Shown: positions 52,253-62,210 of the stretch, in pieces
Layout: each line of letters opens with the position of its first letter
Numbering within the stretch: the stretch's first letter is position 1
Sequence record: LC494302.1
Source of the DNA: Escherichia phage SP27
Reading direction: 5' to 3' (one strand)
Length of the DNA stretch: 64,000 nt
The notes under the pieces: generated by a model
The model's input: the letters and a program-made list of their open reading frames with translations, nothing else
Database searches by the model: none
Told to the model about the DNA's origin: nothing
Translations under genes and position numbers: made by a program

Positions 52253-52819
52253 ATGAGTACTGAATTAATTAAAGAAGTTACCTTACTTCTGAAGCATTGT
52301 TTTAAGTTCATTCCTGATACTGGTTCACGCCAGTACATTAAAGTTAATGAGAAATATAACATCAATATCCTTGTATCTGAAACTGCGAGCAGTTATGCTA
52401 ACATTGAGTTGGATTCTGAAGAAAAATATACAGTATTACAAATCATAGCAGATGTACAACGTAAACAAGATTACCGTTCTTCATTTTACAACGATTATCT
52501 GTGTGTTTGCTCAAACTTCAGTGAGAATAAAATTGTGTATAAGAATTTATACACACATGAAGTGATTGATACATATAATTATAAAATTTCATCTGATGAA
52601 TACAATGTGCTAATGTTCAACGCAAACCTTTTGTATGATGCCAGTACTGTACGCTGTTTAGAGTTAGCATATAAAATTCCAAAGATCATGGAAAGAAAAG
52701 ATTTGATTCACTTTAAAACTATTTTAAAATACAGTACAAAAGAATTAGAGGATTTAGTACAGGCTCTTAAGAATTTCATTAATGAACATGTACCTGTTAA
52801 ATTCGAGGATGCACAATGA
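52253..52819 (+). CDS. hypothetical protein, possibly degenerate family C
   Basis: weak motif DEYNVLMFNANLLYD; 188 aa. Confidence 0.45.
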   Translation: MSTELIKEVTLLLKHCFKFIPDTGSRQYIKVNEKYNINILVSETASSYANIELDSEEKYTVLQIIADVQRKQDYRSSFYNDYLCVCSNFSENKIVYKNLYTHEVIDTYNYKISSDEYNVLMFNANLLYDASTVRCLELAYKIPKIMERKDLIHFKTILKYSTKELEDLVQALKNFINEHVPVKFEDAQ

Positions 52820-53400
52820 ACCATATCAGAACTAAAATTTTGAGACTCATGCATGACATTGCAGAACTTTCAGAGATTCATGACATTACAGAAATTGTTG
52901 AATTTGATGATTATCGACTGAAAATTGAAAACAAATCCAAACATCGTTTTGGATCAGTTCAGTTGGATGTATATAAAACTTATGAATTTTCTAAAAAAAT
53001 TAAAAGTTCATGGGATACGATTACTATGTACATTCGCACATCCAGAAATCGTGAACGTATTGGTTCTATTTCTTCTAATATGGTATTTGCGAATGCATTA
53101 CATGAAAAAATGAATAAAATTGTAGAATCTGATTTCAGTGAAGATGATGGTTTTATTGGGTTGGATGTTCCACCAGAATTAGACCAAAGTGAAGATATTC
53201 GAGATGCATTCATTTTCCAGAAATCATTGTTGGACAATTACAAAGAATTCGAGTACTTAATGCTTTGTTACGATACTGCAAAAGTTCTTGATTGTGGTGA
53301 ACTAGTTATGTACAATGATTTTATCAATTACAAGACTGATGTTCTGAATACACTACTTCAAAATATAGAATCGGTTAAGGAAAAATATGAACGCTTATAG
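52816..53400 (+). CDS. hypothetical protein, paralog family C
   Basis: motif DAFIFQKSLLDN. Confidence 0.55.
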   Translation: MNHIRTKILRLMHDIAELSEIHDITEIVEFDDYRLKIENKSKHRFGSVQLDVYKTYEFSKKIKSSWDTITMYIRTSRNRERIGSISSNMVFANALHEKMNKIVESDFSEDDGFIGLDVPPELDQSEDIRDAFIFQKSLLDNYKEFEYLMLCYDTAKVLDCGELVMYNDFINYKTDVLNTLLQNIESVKEKYERL

Positions 53401-53965
53401 TTATATGACAGAACGCCATCAGTTATTATATGATATCAGTACAAAAATGTTATCAATTGTTAGTAGTGCAAAAGAAATTGAAAAACAATACCTCATCCGT
53501 GATGTAGCAATTTCATCTAAATGTTGGTCCAATGAATATTACGATCACGGTATTCTTACTATTTCTGGGGCTAGAAATATTTGTATTGTAAAAAATAAAA
53601 ATAAAAGTAATGAAGAGTGTGAGATTATAACCGATATACAAATTAAGGATGATGGAAGTTTTTCACACCACCCATTCCATATTAGTACTATTGGTGTTTT
53701 ATATAATATTAAAGTACTATTCGGTGATGAAGAGTATGTGTTAAAATCTATCAATCCAGAATCAAGTACAGTTGAAGAAGAACTGTTCCAGATGAGCACT
53801 GTTATACCTGAAGAGGTTCTTAGTACTGTTATTTTTTGTAGTTTAATTTATCATGAATACAAAAAGTACCAGTTCGATTTCCACATGTTAGGAACATACA
53901 TCTTCAATAATTTGAATGTAGATCGTTTAACAGCATTAAATGCAGCAATGGATAAGGTGCTATAA
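53387..53965 (+). CDS. hypothetical protein, paralog family C
   Basis: motif EEELFQMSTVIP. Confidence 0.55.
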   Translation: MNAYSYMTERHQLLYDISTKMLSIVSSAKEIEKQYLIRDVAISSKCWSNEYYDHGILTISGARNICIVKNKNKSNEECEIITDIQIKDDGSFSHHPFHISTIGVLYNIKVLFGDEEYVLKSINPESSTVEEELFQMSTVIPEEVLSTVIFCSLIYHEYKKYQFDFHMLGTYIFNNLNVDRLTALNAAMDKVL

Positions 53966-54393
53966 TGACAAGAGATGATTGTTTGTACATATGGGATATA
54001 ATTGAAACTACACTTTCAAATCCAGAAAATTATAAAACAAAAAAAAGACAACGACACAAAATATGGATAGATTTGTTCGTTGAGGGCATACACGCAGTGA
54101 CTATTTGGGATTCACCGAGGGCATCATCATCTACTCTGTTGGACAATGAATGCATTGATTGCATTAATTCCACTTTTCATCTCTACGGTACTACAATTTT
54201 TGGTACATTTCTGGATATTGAAAGTAAAGATGATATTGATTCACTTGCGTTACAATACCAAGTACTATATAATACTAAATTAATTTACGATTTAGTACTA
54301 GCTTCTTATGTGTATAAATTAATGATGAAATATAATCATATTTCTGTTTCAGTTTATACTAAGGATATTCTTTCATTAAGAGACAAAACATGA
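53965..54393 (+). CDS. hypothetical protein, possibly degenerate family C
   Basis: weak motif DSLALQYQVLYN. Confidence 0.45.
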   Translation: MTRDDCLYIWDIIETTLSNPENYKTKKRQRHKIWIDLFVEGIHAVTIWDSPRASSSTLLDNECIDCINSTFHLYGTTIFGTFLDIESKDDIDSLALQYQVLYNTKLIYDLVLASYVYKLMMKYNHISVSVYTKDILSLRDKT

Positions 54394-54899
54394 GTTTATT
54401 AAATGCACGCGAATTGGTTGAGATGTATGAGATTTTGTCTTCATATAAAAATTCTCCAAAAGATGTAATTCTAAACAAAAAGTTCCATGTCAGTGTTGAA
54501 CATATAACAAATATAGATATGATTTCTTTGGTGGAAAGTAATAAGTCAGGTCTGGAGCGTGATATCATGCGTTTGATTTATATTCCTAAACCATCATATA
54601 CTAATGATAGTACTATTAGCAATGAGACATTCATGTATAGTCCTGGTACGGATTCTACTATAGTATCGCTGTCCAATAAATCAATGGATACTTTCCAATT
54701 CATCTATACCAGTACTGATAACATTGAAGAAATTGAATTTCAAAACAATACATTAAGTCCATGTAGTAGTGTTATAACCTTTATGTCATATCTATGGTCA
54801 ACTAAAACAAGTGCTGTTGTATATAGTTCAAATTATACACAAGATAGTATTGTTGAATCATATAAAGTTCTAAAGGAATACTATGAAAATAACAAATGA
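54390..54899 (+). CDS. hypothetical protein, possibly degenerate family C
   Basis: weak motif MDTFQFIYTSTD. Confidence 0.45.
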   Translation: MSLLNARELVEMYEILSSYKNSPKDVILNKKFHVSVEHITNIDMISLVESNKSGLERDIMRLIYIPKPSYTNDSTISNETFMYSPGTDSTIVSLSNKSMDTFQFIYTSTDNIEEIEFQNNTLSPCSSVITFMSYLWSTKTSAVVYSSNYTQDSIVESYKVLKEYYENNK

Positions 54900-55464
54900 T
54901 TTTATTAAAAGTGTAGTACACCCTATGCTTAGTATTATGAAAAAAATACAGAATCTACCGGAAGATAACGATTACAAGTTTAATCGTTTTGATTCAGATG
55001 TGTTTTGTATTGAAATTGAAATTAATAACAATCGTAATTTACATTTAAAATTCAAAGAATCTTCGAGTCCGTACTACAACTTTGATATGAATTTTAAAAT
55101 AGATACTGACATTGAAGAAAACGTAATATCAAATCATACTAGCAAAAATGGTTTTATGCATAGAACTACTATGTACAATAATAAAAATAGTATTATATCT
55201 AAATGGAATCAACAATTCACTAAAATTTGTGAAATTGAATATAATGATTTTGGTAAAGAACATTACTTTCAGTTAAGTACAATTCATGAACTTCCACCAT
55301 ATGATTATGTTAAAACATGGTTTGATATTCATAATATAATTGATGATGCAATCAAACTTCCATTTGGTGTGTCAATATCATATACTGCTCCTAAAACATT
55401 TGTTTTTACTGAAGATATGATTATGAAAAAGATATGGGCAATCATCCCACTTATGATGGATTAA
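54883..55464 (+). CDS. hypothetical protein, paralog family C
   Basis: motif KEHYFQLSTIHE. Confidence 0.55.
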   Translation: MKITNDFIKSVVHPMLSIMKKIQNLPEDNDYKFNRFDSDVFCIEIEINNNRNLHLKFKESSSPYYNFDMNFKIDTDIEENVISNHTSKNGFMHRTTMYNNKNSIISKWNQQFTKICEIEYNDFGKEHYFQLSTIHELPPYDYVKTWFDIHNIIDDAIKLPFGVSISYTAPKTFVFTEDMIMKKIWAIIPLMMD

Positions 55465-55470
55465 ATTTGT

Positions 55471-55496
55471 ACCAGGGGTTGACTCTGGTTTTTTTG
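55471..55496 (+). terminator. possible intrinsic terminator
   Basis: ACCAGgggttgactCTGGT short stem followed by TTTTTTTGT. Confidence 0.4.
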
Positions 55497-55525
55497 TATG
55501 ATACATTGTTCTCAAGGAGAATTTT

Positions 55526-56077
55526 ATGAACTACAATCATGATCTTTTTACATTATGTGCATCCAAATGTGTTGAAGGATGGGCAGATAAAATCAATATC
55601 ATAATTCATCGATATCTCGTCTTTAGTTCCCGTGCACGAAGTGAGGGGGCTATGGATTTCAAATATACACTATCTATTGATGGTGTAACTATCCATGCAG
55701 ACGAAGAACGTCTGAACATTAATTTGTATGATTCCTGTGTATTTGCTATTCACCAAAAGATGGGGAAAGGATGGGGTTGTAATAACATTAACTCCAAAGC
55801 TATCTTTTGGGTTGGTCACCATCAGACAGTACTTGATCCTTCAATCAAATCTAATCTTTTATCCGATAATATGGTTTATGATTTATTGTACTCCGAAGAA
55901 CAACATTTTCAGTTAAGTACATTGCATGTTCTGGCACAGTACGAGGATTGTTACAAAACATTAGAACTATGCCATTCCCTTGAACTTAAAGATAAATTAA
56001 TACAAGTTTACCCTTCATTCTTTCATGAAGAAGTCCAAAGTACACTAGATCATATTTTATATGGATACGATAAATGA
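55526..56077 (+). CDS. hypothetical protein, paralog family C
   Basis: motif EEQHFQLSTLHV; AAGGAGA RBS. Confidence 0.55.
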   Translation: MNYNHDLFTLCASKCVEGWADKINIIIHRYLVFSSRARSEGAMDFKYTLSIDGVTIHADEERLNINLYDSCVFAIHQKMGKGWGCNNINSKAIFWVGHHQTVLDPSIKSNLLSDNMVYDLLYSEEQHFQLSTLHVLAQYEDCYKTLELCHSLELKDKLIQVYPSFFHEEVQSTLDHILYGYDK

Positions 56078-56676
56078 GAAAAAGTTATCAAGAAGCTATT
56101 GACTTAATTCGTGAAGTTATCAAGGTGGCTCCTGCTGCTATTGAGTTCAAGAAGTCCATATACAAGAAGTATGGGTCAATGTCGAGTATGTGCTTTCAAA
56201 AGAAACGTAGAGCATTCACTACCCAGTACTGGAATGATTCTATCATCCTGAGCAATGAGACTCAGCGTATTTTAACACTAGAATCTGAACCTAATGAGTA
56301 CGGGGAAGGAAACATTTGTGTACCTGATTATGATGAAATTAACTTCAACTGCGGTGATTTTGAAACAACATTATTACTTCATGAGGGTTATCCAGAAGGT
56401 GATGTATTAGCTGAATACAATCCAAAAACTAAAATTCTCAAAAGAGGAATTCAGTTCACTATTAATAACAAAGATGATGTTGAAGCAGCACTGATGCAAC
56501 TGAGTACAAGTGAACCTATCACTATTAGTGTAGAAGAGTTATGGGGAATTATTTCAGTACTCAATGAGTGCTATAAAGTAAAATCATTGCGTAATCACAC
56601 CCTTATATTGCATACTAATATGGCAAATATAAAATGTAAGCACATTCAAGAAATGGTGGTTCCAGATGGACTTTAA
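56074..56676 (+). CDS. hypothetical protein, paralog family C
   Basis: motif EAALMQLSTSEP. Confidence 0.5.
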   Translation: MRKSYQEAIDLIREVIKVAPAAIEFKKSIYKKYGSMSSMCFQKKRRAFTTQYWNDSIILSNETQRILTLESEPNEYGEGNICVPDYDEINFNCGDFETTLLLHEGYPEGDVLAEYNPKTKILKRGIQFTINNKDDVEAALMQLSTSEPITISVEELWGIISVLNECYKVKSLRNHTLILHTNMANIKCKHIQEMVVPDGL

Positions 56677-57250
56677 AGAAATTGAAAGTAAATTAAAGTA
56701 CTTCAAAGATATCAAACTTCTTTGGGAAAAGTATAAAATTGATTACAATTTCAGTGATGATGAGACAATAAAATACATTGAGATTAATATCAAAATCAAG
56801 TTCAAGAATAATAATTATGGTGAAGTAAGCTTAAATCATGCTGGTATATCACTCAAGGACTATGATGGTTCAACACTCGCATATTTCGACTTCACACCAG
56901 AACCAGGTGAAACACTACTTAGTGAGATAAATTCCTATGACATGGAAGTGTTCGGCGGGAATCCGTTACTGTTCCGACTTTCTGAAGAGTGGAGTGAAGA
57001 ATACTACACTTACAAAGATGGTGTAGTACTTGACATTCATGGAGAAGTTGTGAATGACTTGGAAGAACGTTTGTTCCAAGAATTGTGTGTTTCAAATACT
57101 TCATATGCATACAATCATATCCTTGACATGTTTGATTTATATAGTAAAATAGATGCTGAAATGAATGCACATGGTATTCATTACCTTACAATTAACGACT
57201 ATGCTCAACTCGAAACCGCTGTGAAAGCATTGACTAAAGTACTGAAATAG
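56666..57250 (+). CDS. hypothetical protein, paralog family C
   Basis: motif EERLFQELCVSN. Confidence 0.5.
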   Translation: MDFKEIESKLKYFKDIKLLWEKYKIDYNFSDDETIKYIEINIKIKFKNNNYGEVSLNHAGISLKDYDGSTLAYFDFTPEPGETLLSEINSYDMEVFGGNPLLFRLSEEWSEEYYTYKDGVVLDIHGEVVNDLEERLFQELCVSNTSYAYNHILDMFDLYSKIDAEMNAHGIHYLTINDYAQLETAVKALTKVLK

Positions 57251-57259
57251 GAATGAAAT

Positions 57260-57673
57260 ATGAAACTGTATCATGCGAGTACTGTAAAAATTGATAACTT
57301 TTATATCCCGTATGGTGGCCTTCATATGGGAGGTAAACACAGTGCTTTAGAAGCTGCCTTACGCAAGCTGAGAAGCCCACTAAACGTTGTTGACGCATGT
57401 ACAGTATACTTGCATACCTTAGAAGTTGATGTTGATAACGTGCTTCTGTGTGAAGATTTAGGCAGTGATGATGAGTGGCGTTCACTTATTGAGAATTGCA
57501 CGGCTCAAGGTTATGATGCTGTTCAGTACAAAAATGATTACGAGCCAGACAATGTTCCTAGCTTTATGATTTGGGATACATCTAAAATTCGTATTATTGA
57601 AGTTGATGCGATGCATATGGATGAAGCTGAAATGATCATCGAAGATTTCCTTGATGAATATGAAGGTGTATAA
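57260..57673 (+). CDS. hypothetical acidic protein
   Basis: 137 aa; no family motif recognised. Confidence 0.5.
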   Translation: MKLYHASTVKIDNFYIPYGGLHMGGKHSALEAALRKLRSPLNVVDACTVYLHTLEVDVDNVLLCEDLGSDDEWRSLIENCTAQGYDAVQYKNDYEPDNVPSFMIWDTSKIRIIEVDAMHMDEAEMIIEDFLDEYEGV

Positions 57674-58191
57674 TGATTGAACCTATGACAGTACTAGCAC
57701 GTACTAAATTATTATTGAAGATTGCTGAAATATTCACTGTTCTTATGTACAATAATCAAGACATAACTGACTTAGGTATTAAGCAACCGTGGCAAATTAC
57801 AAAGTTCACGGCGTTCCACCGATTGTCATATAATGGTGAAACTGTTCTTGATTTTAATCCAAAAGCCACGTTCGTGAATTACGCTGCATTATATGGATGT
57901 AATGGTGGATTAACAAATGACTTCACTGAAATAAAAGTACAATCAGAATCATTAGAATTTAATGACTTAATATATCCAGAATTTAAGTTAACAGAAGAAA
58001 CACTATTTCAGTACTCACTAATTATAAAAGATGTATATGATCTTGAGTACTACAAAGAGTTAGTAGATATTTTTAAGAATACTCGACTTTCAAAAGATAT
58101 TGTGATATTCTGGTATGTTGAGTATGTTACAGAGGAATTGCTAGAAGAATTTCTTCTAAATATGACAGCTATAAAGGAGAAGTTATGTTAG
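57673..58191 (+). CDS. hypothetical protein, paralog family C
   Basis: motif EETLFQYSLIIK. Confidence 0.55.
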   Translation: MIEPMTVLARTKLLLKIAEIFTVLMYNNQDITDLGIKQPWQITKFTAFHRLSYNGETVLDFNPKATFVNYAALYGCNGGLTNDFTEIKVQSESLEFNDLIYPEFKLTEETLFQYSLIIKDVYDLEYYKELVDIFKNTRLSKDIVIFWYVEYVTEELLEEFLLNMTAIKEKLC

Positions 58192-58658
58192 ATATTTTAG
58201 GAAACATCGACACTGCAAATTATTTTATTCAAGATGCATTGTTTAATACAGTACAACAAGGTTTAGAAGTTCACCACAATGTTTATCAGGGTGATGGATA
58301 TTTTGTTGATATTATCGAGACACGTAAAAATACATTTAATGTTAACATTACGACGCTTGGAAGACAGAACATTGCACGAATTTTAGTAAGTAAAGATGAA
58401 ATAGTACTGAGATACAGTGCTAAGTTTATGTTGACTTATAAGAAAAAAACTGATATGTTCAGTACTAATTTATTTGATGAGCCATTTGACCTTGAAGATA
58501 TTGAAGCTACTTTCTTTACTCAAAGTACTATGGTAAAATACACTGATGTTCAATTTTCTGCTGATGTAATGTCAGAAACATTACAAATGATCAAGGTATT
58601 ATTTTATGCATTTGAGCAATTTAGAGAAGAAAGAAACAAGGTTAACAACCACAGATGA
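58185..58658 (+). CDS. hypothetical protein, paralog family C
   Basis: motif EATFFTQSTMVK. Confidence 0.5.
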   Translation: MLDILGNIDTANYFIQDALFNTVQQGLEVHHNVYQGDGYFVDIIETRKNTFNVNITTLGRQNIARILVSKDEIVLRYSAKFMLTYKKKTDMFSTNLFDEPFDLEDIEATFFTQSTMVKYTDVQFSADVMSETLQMIKVLFYAFEQFREERNKVNNHR

Positions 58659-59019
58659 ACTAATAGAGGCGATCACTAAGGAGTCAAAATACCATAAAGG
58701 GATTCGTCTATACTTTATAGATACTGGTTCGATGGAAGGTACATACATTTATGGTTCACAATCGTTGTCTTATGATGCAATGCCAAATAAACATGTTAAA
58801 ATCTTTTTAGGTTCAAGTAATAAAACTTTCTTGACAATTAATGATAAAAACGTTATTATGAATTCGTTGGGTCATGATAAGGTGGAAATTGATCTAAACA
58901 CGCTGGAGGATATTGATTTTTTTCAATACGAGTGTTTAGGTGTTGACTTACATGGCATTAGTAGCGATATGATAAAATCATTAATCAAATATTTCGAAGG
59001 TGTTCATAAATGTATCTAA
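58606..59019 (+). CDS. hypothetical protein, paralog family C
   Basis: motif DIDFFQYECLGV; start uncertain. Confidence 0.5.
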   Translation: MHLSNLEKKETRLTTTDELIEAITKESKYHKGIRLYFIDTGSMEGTYIYGSQSLSYDAMPNKHVKIFLGSSNKTFLTINDKNVIMNSLGHDKVEIDLNTLEDIDFFQYECLGVDLHGISSDMIKSLIKYFEGVHKCI

Positions 59020-59507
59020 CTAAATCAATGAAAAATTCATTTGATAAAATTAAGAGTTGTCTTGATGGAGAAAATATTACAAGTGTTACACAAACTGCTG
59101 ACCAAATTCAAAGCAGTTCAAGTGATTGCACTGTTATTTTTGGTTTACATAGTCTGCGTTTATCAATAGTAAATAATATTGACAACACTGCTATTGTAAT
59201 CACACCATGCAATATTCAAAATGAGAATGGTGTATATCTTCATCACATGGGAACAGTATTTCACATTTTCAATTCAAACGAAAACATTGTTAAGGAATAC
59301 AATACTCTTAATATTGATTCAGGTGAATTATTTCAAATGAGTACTTTGTACTCATGTAATTTTACAGATACTTCATGTATTTTGCCATTTTTCTTGGAAA
59401 TTATTAAGAAAATGGAAAATTTAAAACGTGAATACAATAAAGAAATGGTTCCTGAAGCTATATTAAATATTACTAATGCTATAGAGAAGTATAATGCAGT
59501 GACTTAA
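59010..59507 (+). CDS. hypothetical protein, paralog family C
   Basis: motif SGELFQMSTLYS. Confidence 0.55.
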   Translation: MYLTKSMKNSFDKIKSCLDGENITSVTQTADQIQSSSSDCTVIFGLHSLRLSIVNNIDNTAIVITPCNIQNENGVYLHHMGTVFHIFNSNENIVKEYNTLNIDSGELFQMSTLYSCNFTDTSCILPFFLEIIKKMENLKREYNKEMVPEAILNITNAIEKYNAVT

Positions 59508-59549
59508 TAAAAACGCACATGGAGTGCATTAGAAGATCAAGGATAGATC

Positions 59550-60023
59550 ATGGAGATTAAAACTGTTGAAAATGGGAAAATTGATGACATTTTAGAGTTG
59601 GACGCATTCAAAGTTCATGATATAATGTTTAATGTGAAGGACATTATTCAATGTCTATTTTTGTGTAGCAAGACAATGCATGATTTTTTTCACAACCCAA
59701 ATACTAACGTTTTTATACTAACAATCAGTACTGAAAACTCGTTTATCATGGGTATGCCTATGAGTACAAATGAACAATATATTGATTGTGTTATTCGTAA
59801 TAACGATAGTATTACGCCACAATCTGAAGTACGTAAAAAGAAAAACACCTACACAATCAAAGATGATAAAATTATGATGTGCTGTAGTAAAGGGTTTATA
59901 TTAGATAATTTTATCGTAAAAGACAGTTATCACGACTTTAAAGTATCTGAAAATCAATCCAATGTAGTTCTTTATGCGAGTGACATAGAAAGTCTAACAG
60001 TTAAAGATCCTAGTTTGGAGTAA
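59550..60023 (+). CDS. hypothetical protein
   Basis: 157 aa; no family motif recognised. Confidence 0.5.
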   Translation: MEIKTVENGKIDDILELDAFKVHDIMFNVKDIIQCLFLCSKTMHDFFHNPNTNVFILTISTENSFIMGMPMSTNEQYIDCVIRNNDSITPQSEVRKKKNTYTIKDDKIMMCCSKGFILDNFIVKDSYHDFKVSENQSNVVLYASDIESLTVKDPSLE

Positions 60024-60025
60024 TT

Positions 60026-60157
60026 ATGTCGAAGAAAGTTAACAATTTCGTACAGAAACATATGAATGAGTTTAATAAACCTCAGACACATGTGGATCGT
60101 AAAAAAGAAATGAAAAATGGTAAAGTAAAACACAAGTCGAGATTTATTCTCGACTAA
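60026..60157 (+). CDS. possible small Lys-rich protein (43 aa, below ORF-track cutoff)
   Basis: read by hand: MSKKVNNFVQKHMNEFNKPQTHVDRKKEMKNGKVKHKSRFILD; GGAG RBS. Confidence 0.35.
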   Translation: MSKKVNNFVQKHMNEFNKPQTHVDRKKEMKNGKVKHKSRFILD

Positions 60158-60166
60158 TTTTTTGTC
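60135..60166 (+). terminator. possible intrinsic terminator
   Basis: GTCGAGatttattCTCGAC followed by TAATTTTTTG. Confidence 0.45.
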
Positions 60167-60180
60167 TAAATTTATGAGGA

Positions 60181-61035
60181 TTGTATATGTTAGACATTTC
60201 AGATTTTCTTAATTTTAAAAAGTATTCAGTACTTGAACATATCAACGAATTTCTGAATTCTACTACACCATTTGGTATCAGTACATCAGATGCATACGAT
60301 GGATATACAATCTTCCCATACAATGACTTTCAAATTTCCGTCAAAAAAGGTTTTACAAAAGAAGTTGCAATTCGTGATGTAGTAATGTATAGCGATTCTT
60401 CTATTTCTTACTGTCATGATGTGAACAAGTTTGAATCTCTTGCAACACCTAATTGTTCATACTACAAATCACATGACACGATGATGTATAAAGAACAACA
60501 TATCAATGGTGTTTCGTTCTATAAAACTAGCAGTGATAAATCATATACATCTAGAGATGATTTTGGAAAATACACATGTACTATGCACACGGATAATGAA
60601 AAAACAAATTACACTCATTCATTCGAGTCCAAATTCCAAGAGAGTGAAGTTTCAAATATCACTATACAAGAACAGGTTTCAGAAGGCATTGTATATCGTA
60701 GCACTGCATTCTTTCGCATGAAAGATATTGCCACAGGCAGACCAATGATGTACAATATTGACATATACATGAAAGGTGATATATCCGAAGTAGTGATTAG
60801 TACTGGTTATCGTGAAAAATATACAGTTACAATGGAATCACCAGATGCATCATTAGTTCATCTCTTTAACAATTTATATACATTCCAATTCGAACTTAGT
60901 TTCGATCCAAATGAATATCAAATATTTGATATATTAAAAAGTAATATTATTAATAAGTTAGAATATTACTACAAGTTAGGTGGTAAGATGTGCATAGTTA
61001 ATACTATGTTACATAACATAAAAGAAACATTATAA
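60181..61035 (+). CDS. hypothetical protein
   Basis: 284 aa; GAGGA RBS; no family recognised. Confidence 0.6.
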   Translation: MYMLDISDFLNFKKYSVLEHINEFLNSTTPFGISTSDAYDGYTIFPYNDFQISVKKGFTKEVAIRDVVMYSDSSISYCHDVNKFESLATPNCSYYKSHDTMMYKEQHINGVSFYKTSSDKSYTSRDDFGKYTCTMHTDNEKTNYTHSFESKFQESEVSNITIQEQVSEGIVYRSTAFFRMKDIATGRPMMYNIDIYMKGDISEVVISTGYREKYTVTMESPDASLVHLFNNLYTFQFELSFDPNEYQIFDILKSNIINKLEYYYKLGGKMCIVNTMLHNIKETL

Positions 61036-61051
61036 ATCTGGAGGATTTGGT

Positions 61052-61345
61052 ATGGATACTAAATTCAAAATTATTTTTAAAACTAAGCCGTATATTCCAC
61101 ATACAGCAGAACGTTTTATACCACATGGTGCTGAGGAAATTATTCACCAAGATGGTACTAAGTTATACCTTGTTCCTTGTTCTTATGAACGTGCAGTAGA
61201 AATGTTACTAATGAATGCTAGACTATGCAAAAACAAGTACATTAGTTACCTATACAATGAACATATTTTAGATTTCAATGATGAAAATATGTTCATTCTA
61301 GCAATTGAGGATTTTGATAACTGGTACAATATTATTAAAATCTAA
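61052..61345 (+). CDS. hypothetical protein
   Basis: 97 aa; GGAGGA RBS. Confidence 0.6.
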   Translation: MDTKFKIIFKTKPYIPHTAERFIPHGAEEIIHQDGTKLYLVPCSYERAVEMLLMNARLCKNKYISYLYNEHILDFNDENMFILAIEDFDNWYNIIKI

Positions 61346-61353
61346 TGAAAATA

Positions 61354-61400
61354 ATGTGAACATATTAGATTCTTGTGATATAATGTTCACATCTTTTTTT
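61354..61400 (+). terminator. intrinsic terminator whose loop contains an extended -10 promoter element
   Basis: ATGTGAACAT ... ATGTTCACAT 10-bp stem followed by T9; loop holds TGATATAAT. Confidence 0.65.
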
Positions 61401-61417
61401 TGATAACGGAGATATAG

Positions 61418-61804
61418 ATGAATACAAGTTCAATCCTAAAAGCAATTGGTGGTGTTTTACTCATTGAAGTAAAAGGTGAACCAAAGCTATGCTGTTTAGA
61501 AGATATGAAGAATACAAAACACTTCAGTACTGGTCAGATTTTCAATGCCATTCGTATTCTAAATGACAAATCCATTGCTGATTATGGAAAAGTTTGGCCT
61601 GTATATCAAAATGCTGATGGTGATATCAGTACTGATTGGAAAACAATTGAGGCGGTACGACAAAGTTGTGAGAGTGATTGGGACTTCATTGTTGAAGTTT
61701 GTGATCAACTACAAGAAGATGTTCCAGAAATTGTCGAACGAAAAGAAGTCCTAGCACGACTTGAAAAATTCCGTCACGGAACACTACAGTATGACACAAT
61801 CTAA
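61418..61804 (+). CDS. hypothetical protein
   Basis: 128 aa; ACGGAGA RBS. Confidence 0.6.
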   Translation: MNTSSILKAIGGVLLIEVKGEPKLCCLEDMKNTKHFSTGQIFNAIRILNDKSIADYGKVWPVYQNADGDISTDWKTIEAVRQSCESDWDFIVEVCDQLQEDVPEIVERKEVLARLEKFRHGTLQYDTI

Positions 61805-61853
61805 TCTGCTTATTAAAAATATCTAATTAACATTATATAAAAGGAATTTAAAA

Positions 61854-62159
61854 ATGGAAGACAATGGAATGAAATTTGATATGTTTGAAGGTGTACCAGA
61901 GTTCGATTTCAATAAACTTGAAAATGGTGAAGAATCAGAACTAGTAAGTGTTACACTAAAATCAGATACCAAAAAGAAATATTCCCCATCAGTTCGTTCA
62001 CGTTCTCAAGAAGAATATGAAACCTTCATTGAGAGTATTCATTACGAAACGTTCCATCATGCAGATGGTACTCCGTATGAAGTTCGTGTTACAGTACTGA
62101 AGCCTGAAGTAAACCCAATGGAAAATCTACGTCCTGTTTACTGCTGGGCAAGCCACTAA
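61854..62159 (+). CDS. hypothetical protein
   Basis: 101 aa; AAGGAA RBS. Confidence 0.6.
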   Translation: MEDNGMKFDMFEGVPEFDFNKLENGEESELVSVTLKSDTKKKYSPSVRSRSQEEYETFIESIHYETFHHADGTPYEVRVTVLKPEVNPMENLRPVYCWASH

Positions 62160-62169
62160 TAAACCAAAG

Positions 62170-62198
62170 GACGGGATATAATATCTCGTCTTTTTTTT
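62170..62198 (+). terminator. intrinsic terminator
   Basis: GACGGGAtataataTCTCGTC followed by T8. Confidence 0.65.
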
Positions 62199-62210
62199 GT
62201 CTGGAGATAT

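Noticed and set aside
25848-59507. Whether the tandem repeat arrays could be a CRISPR array or a satellite
   Set aside because: Repeat units are 200-600 bp, protein-coding with RBSs, and diverged at protein level. There are no short identical direct repeats with unique spacers.
31607-59507. Resemblance of the family C motif to viral 3C or NIa protease cleavage sites (ENLYFQ-S, LEVLFQ-GP)
   Set aside because: The residue after Q is highly variable (Q, Y, E, N, G, M, L) instead of small, and no protease gene is recognisable in the window. The motif is more likely a structural core of a folded domain. Noted as coincidence unless a cognate protease is found.
2507-61754. Plus-strand ORFs nested out of frame inside larger genes (for example 2507..2725, 11934..12119, 33483..33692, 41612..41833, 48449..48655, 52925..53113)
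   Set aside because: They overlap conserved paralog reading frames in an alternative frame and lack RBSs; most likely spurious.
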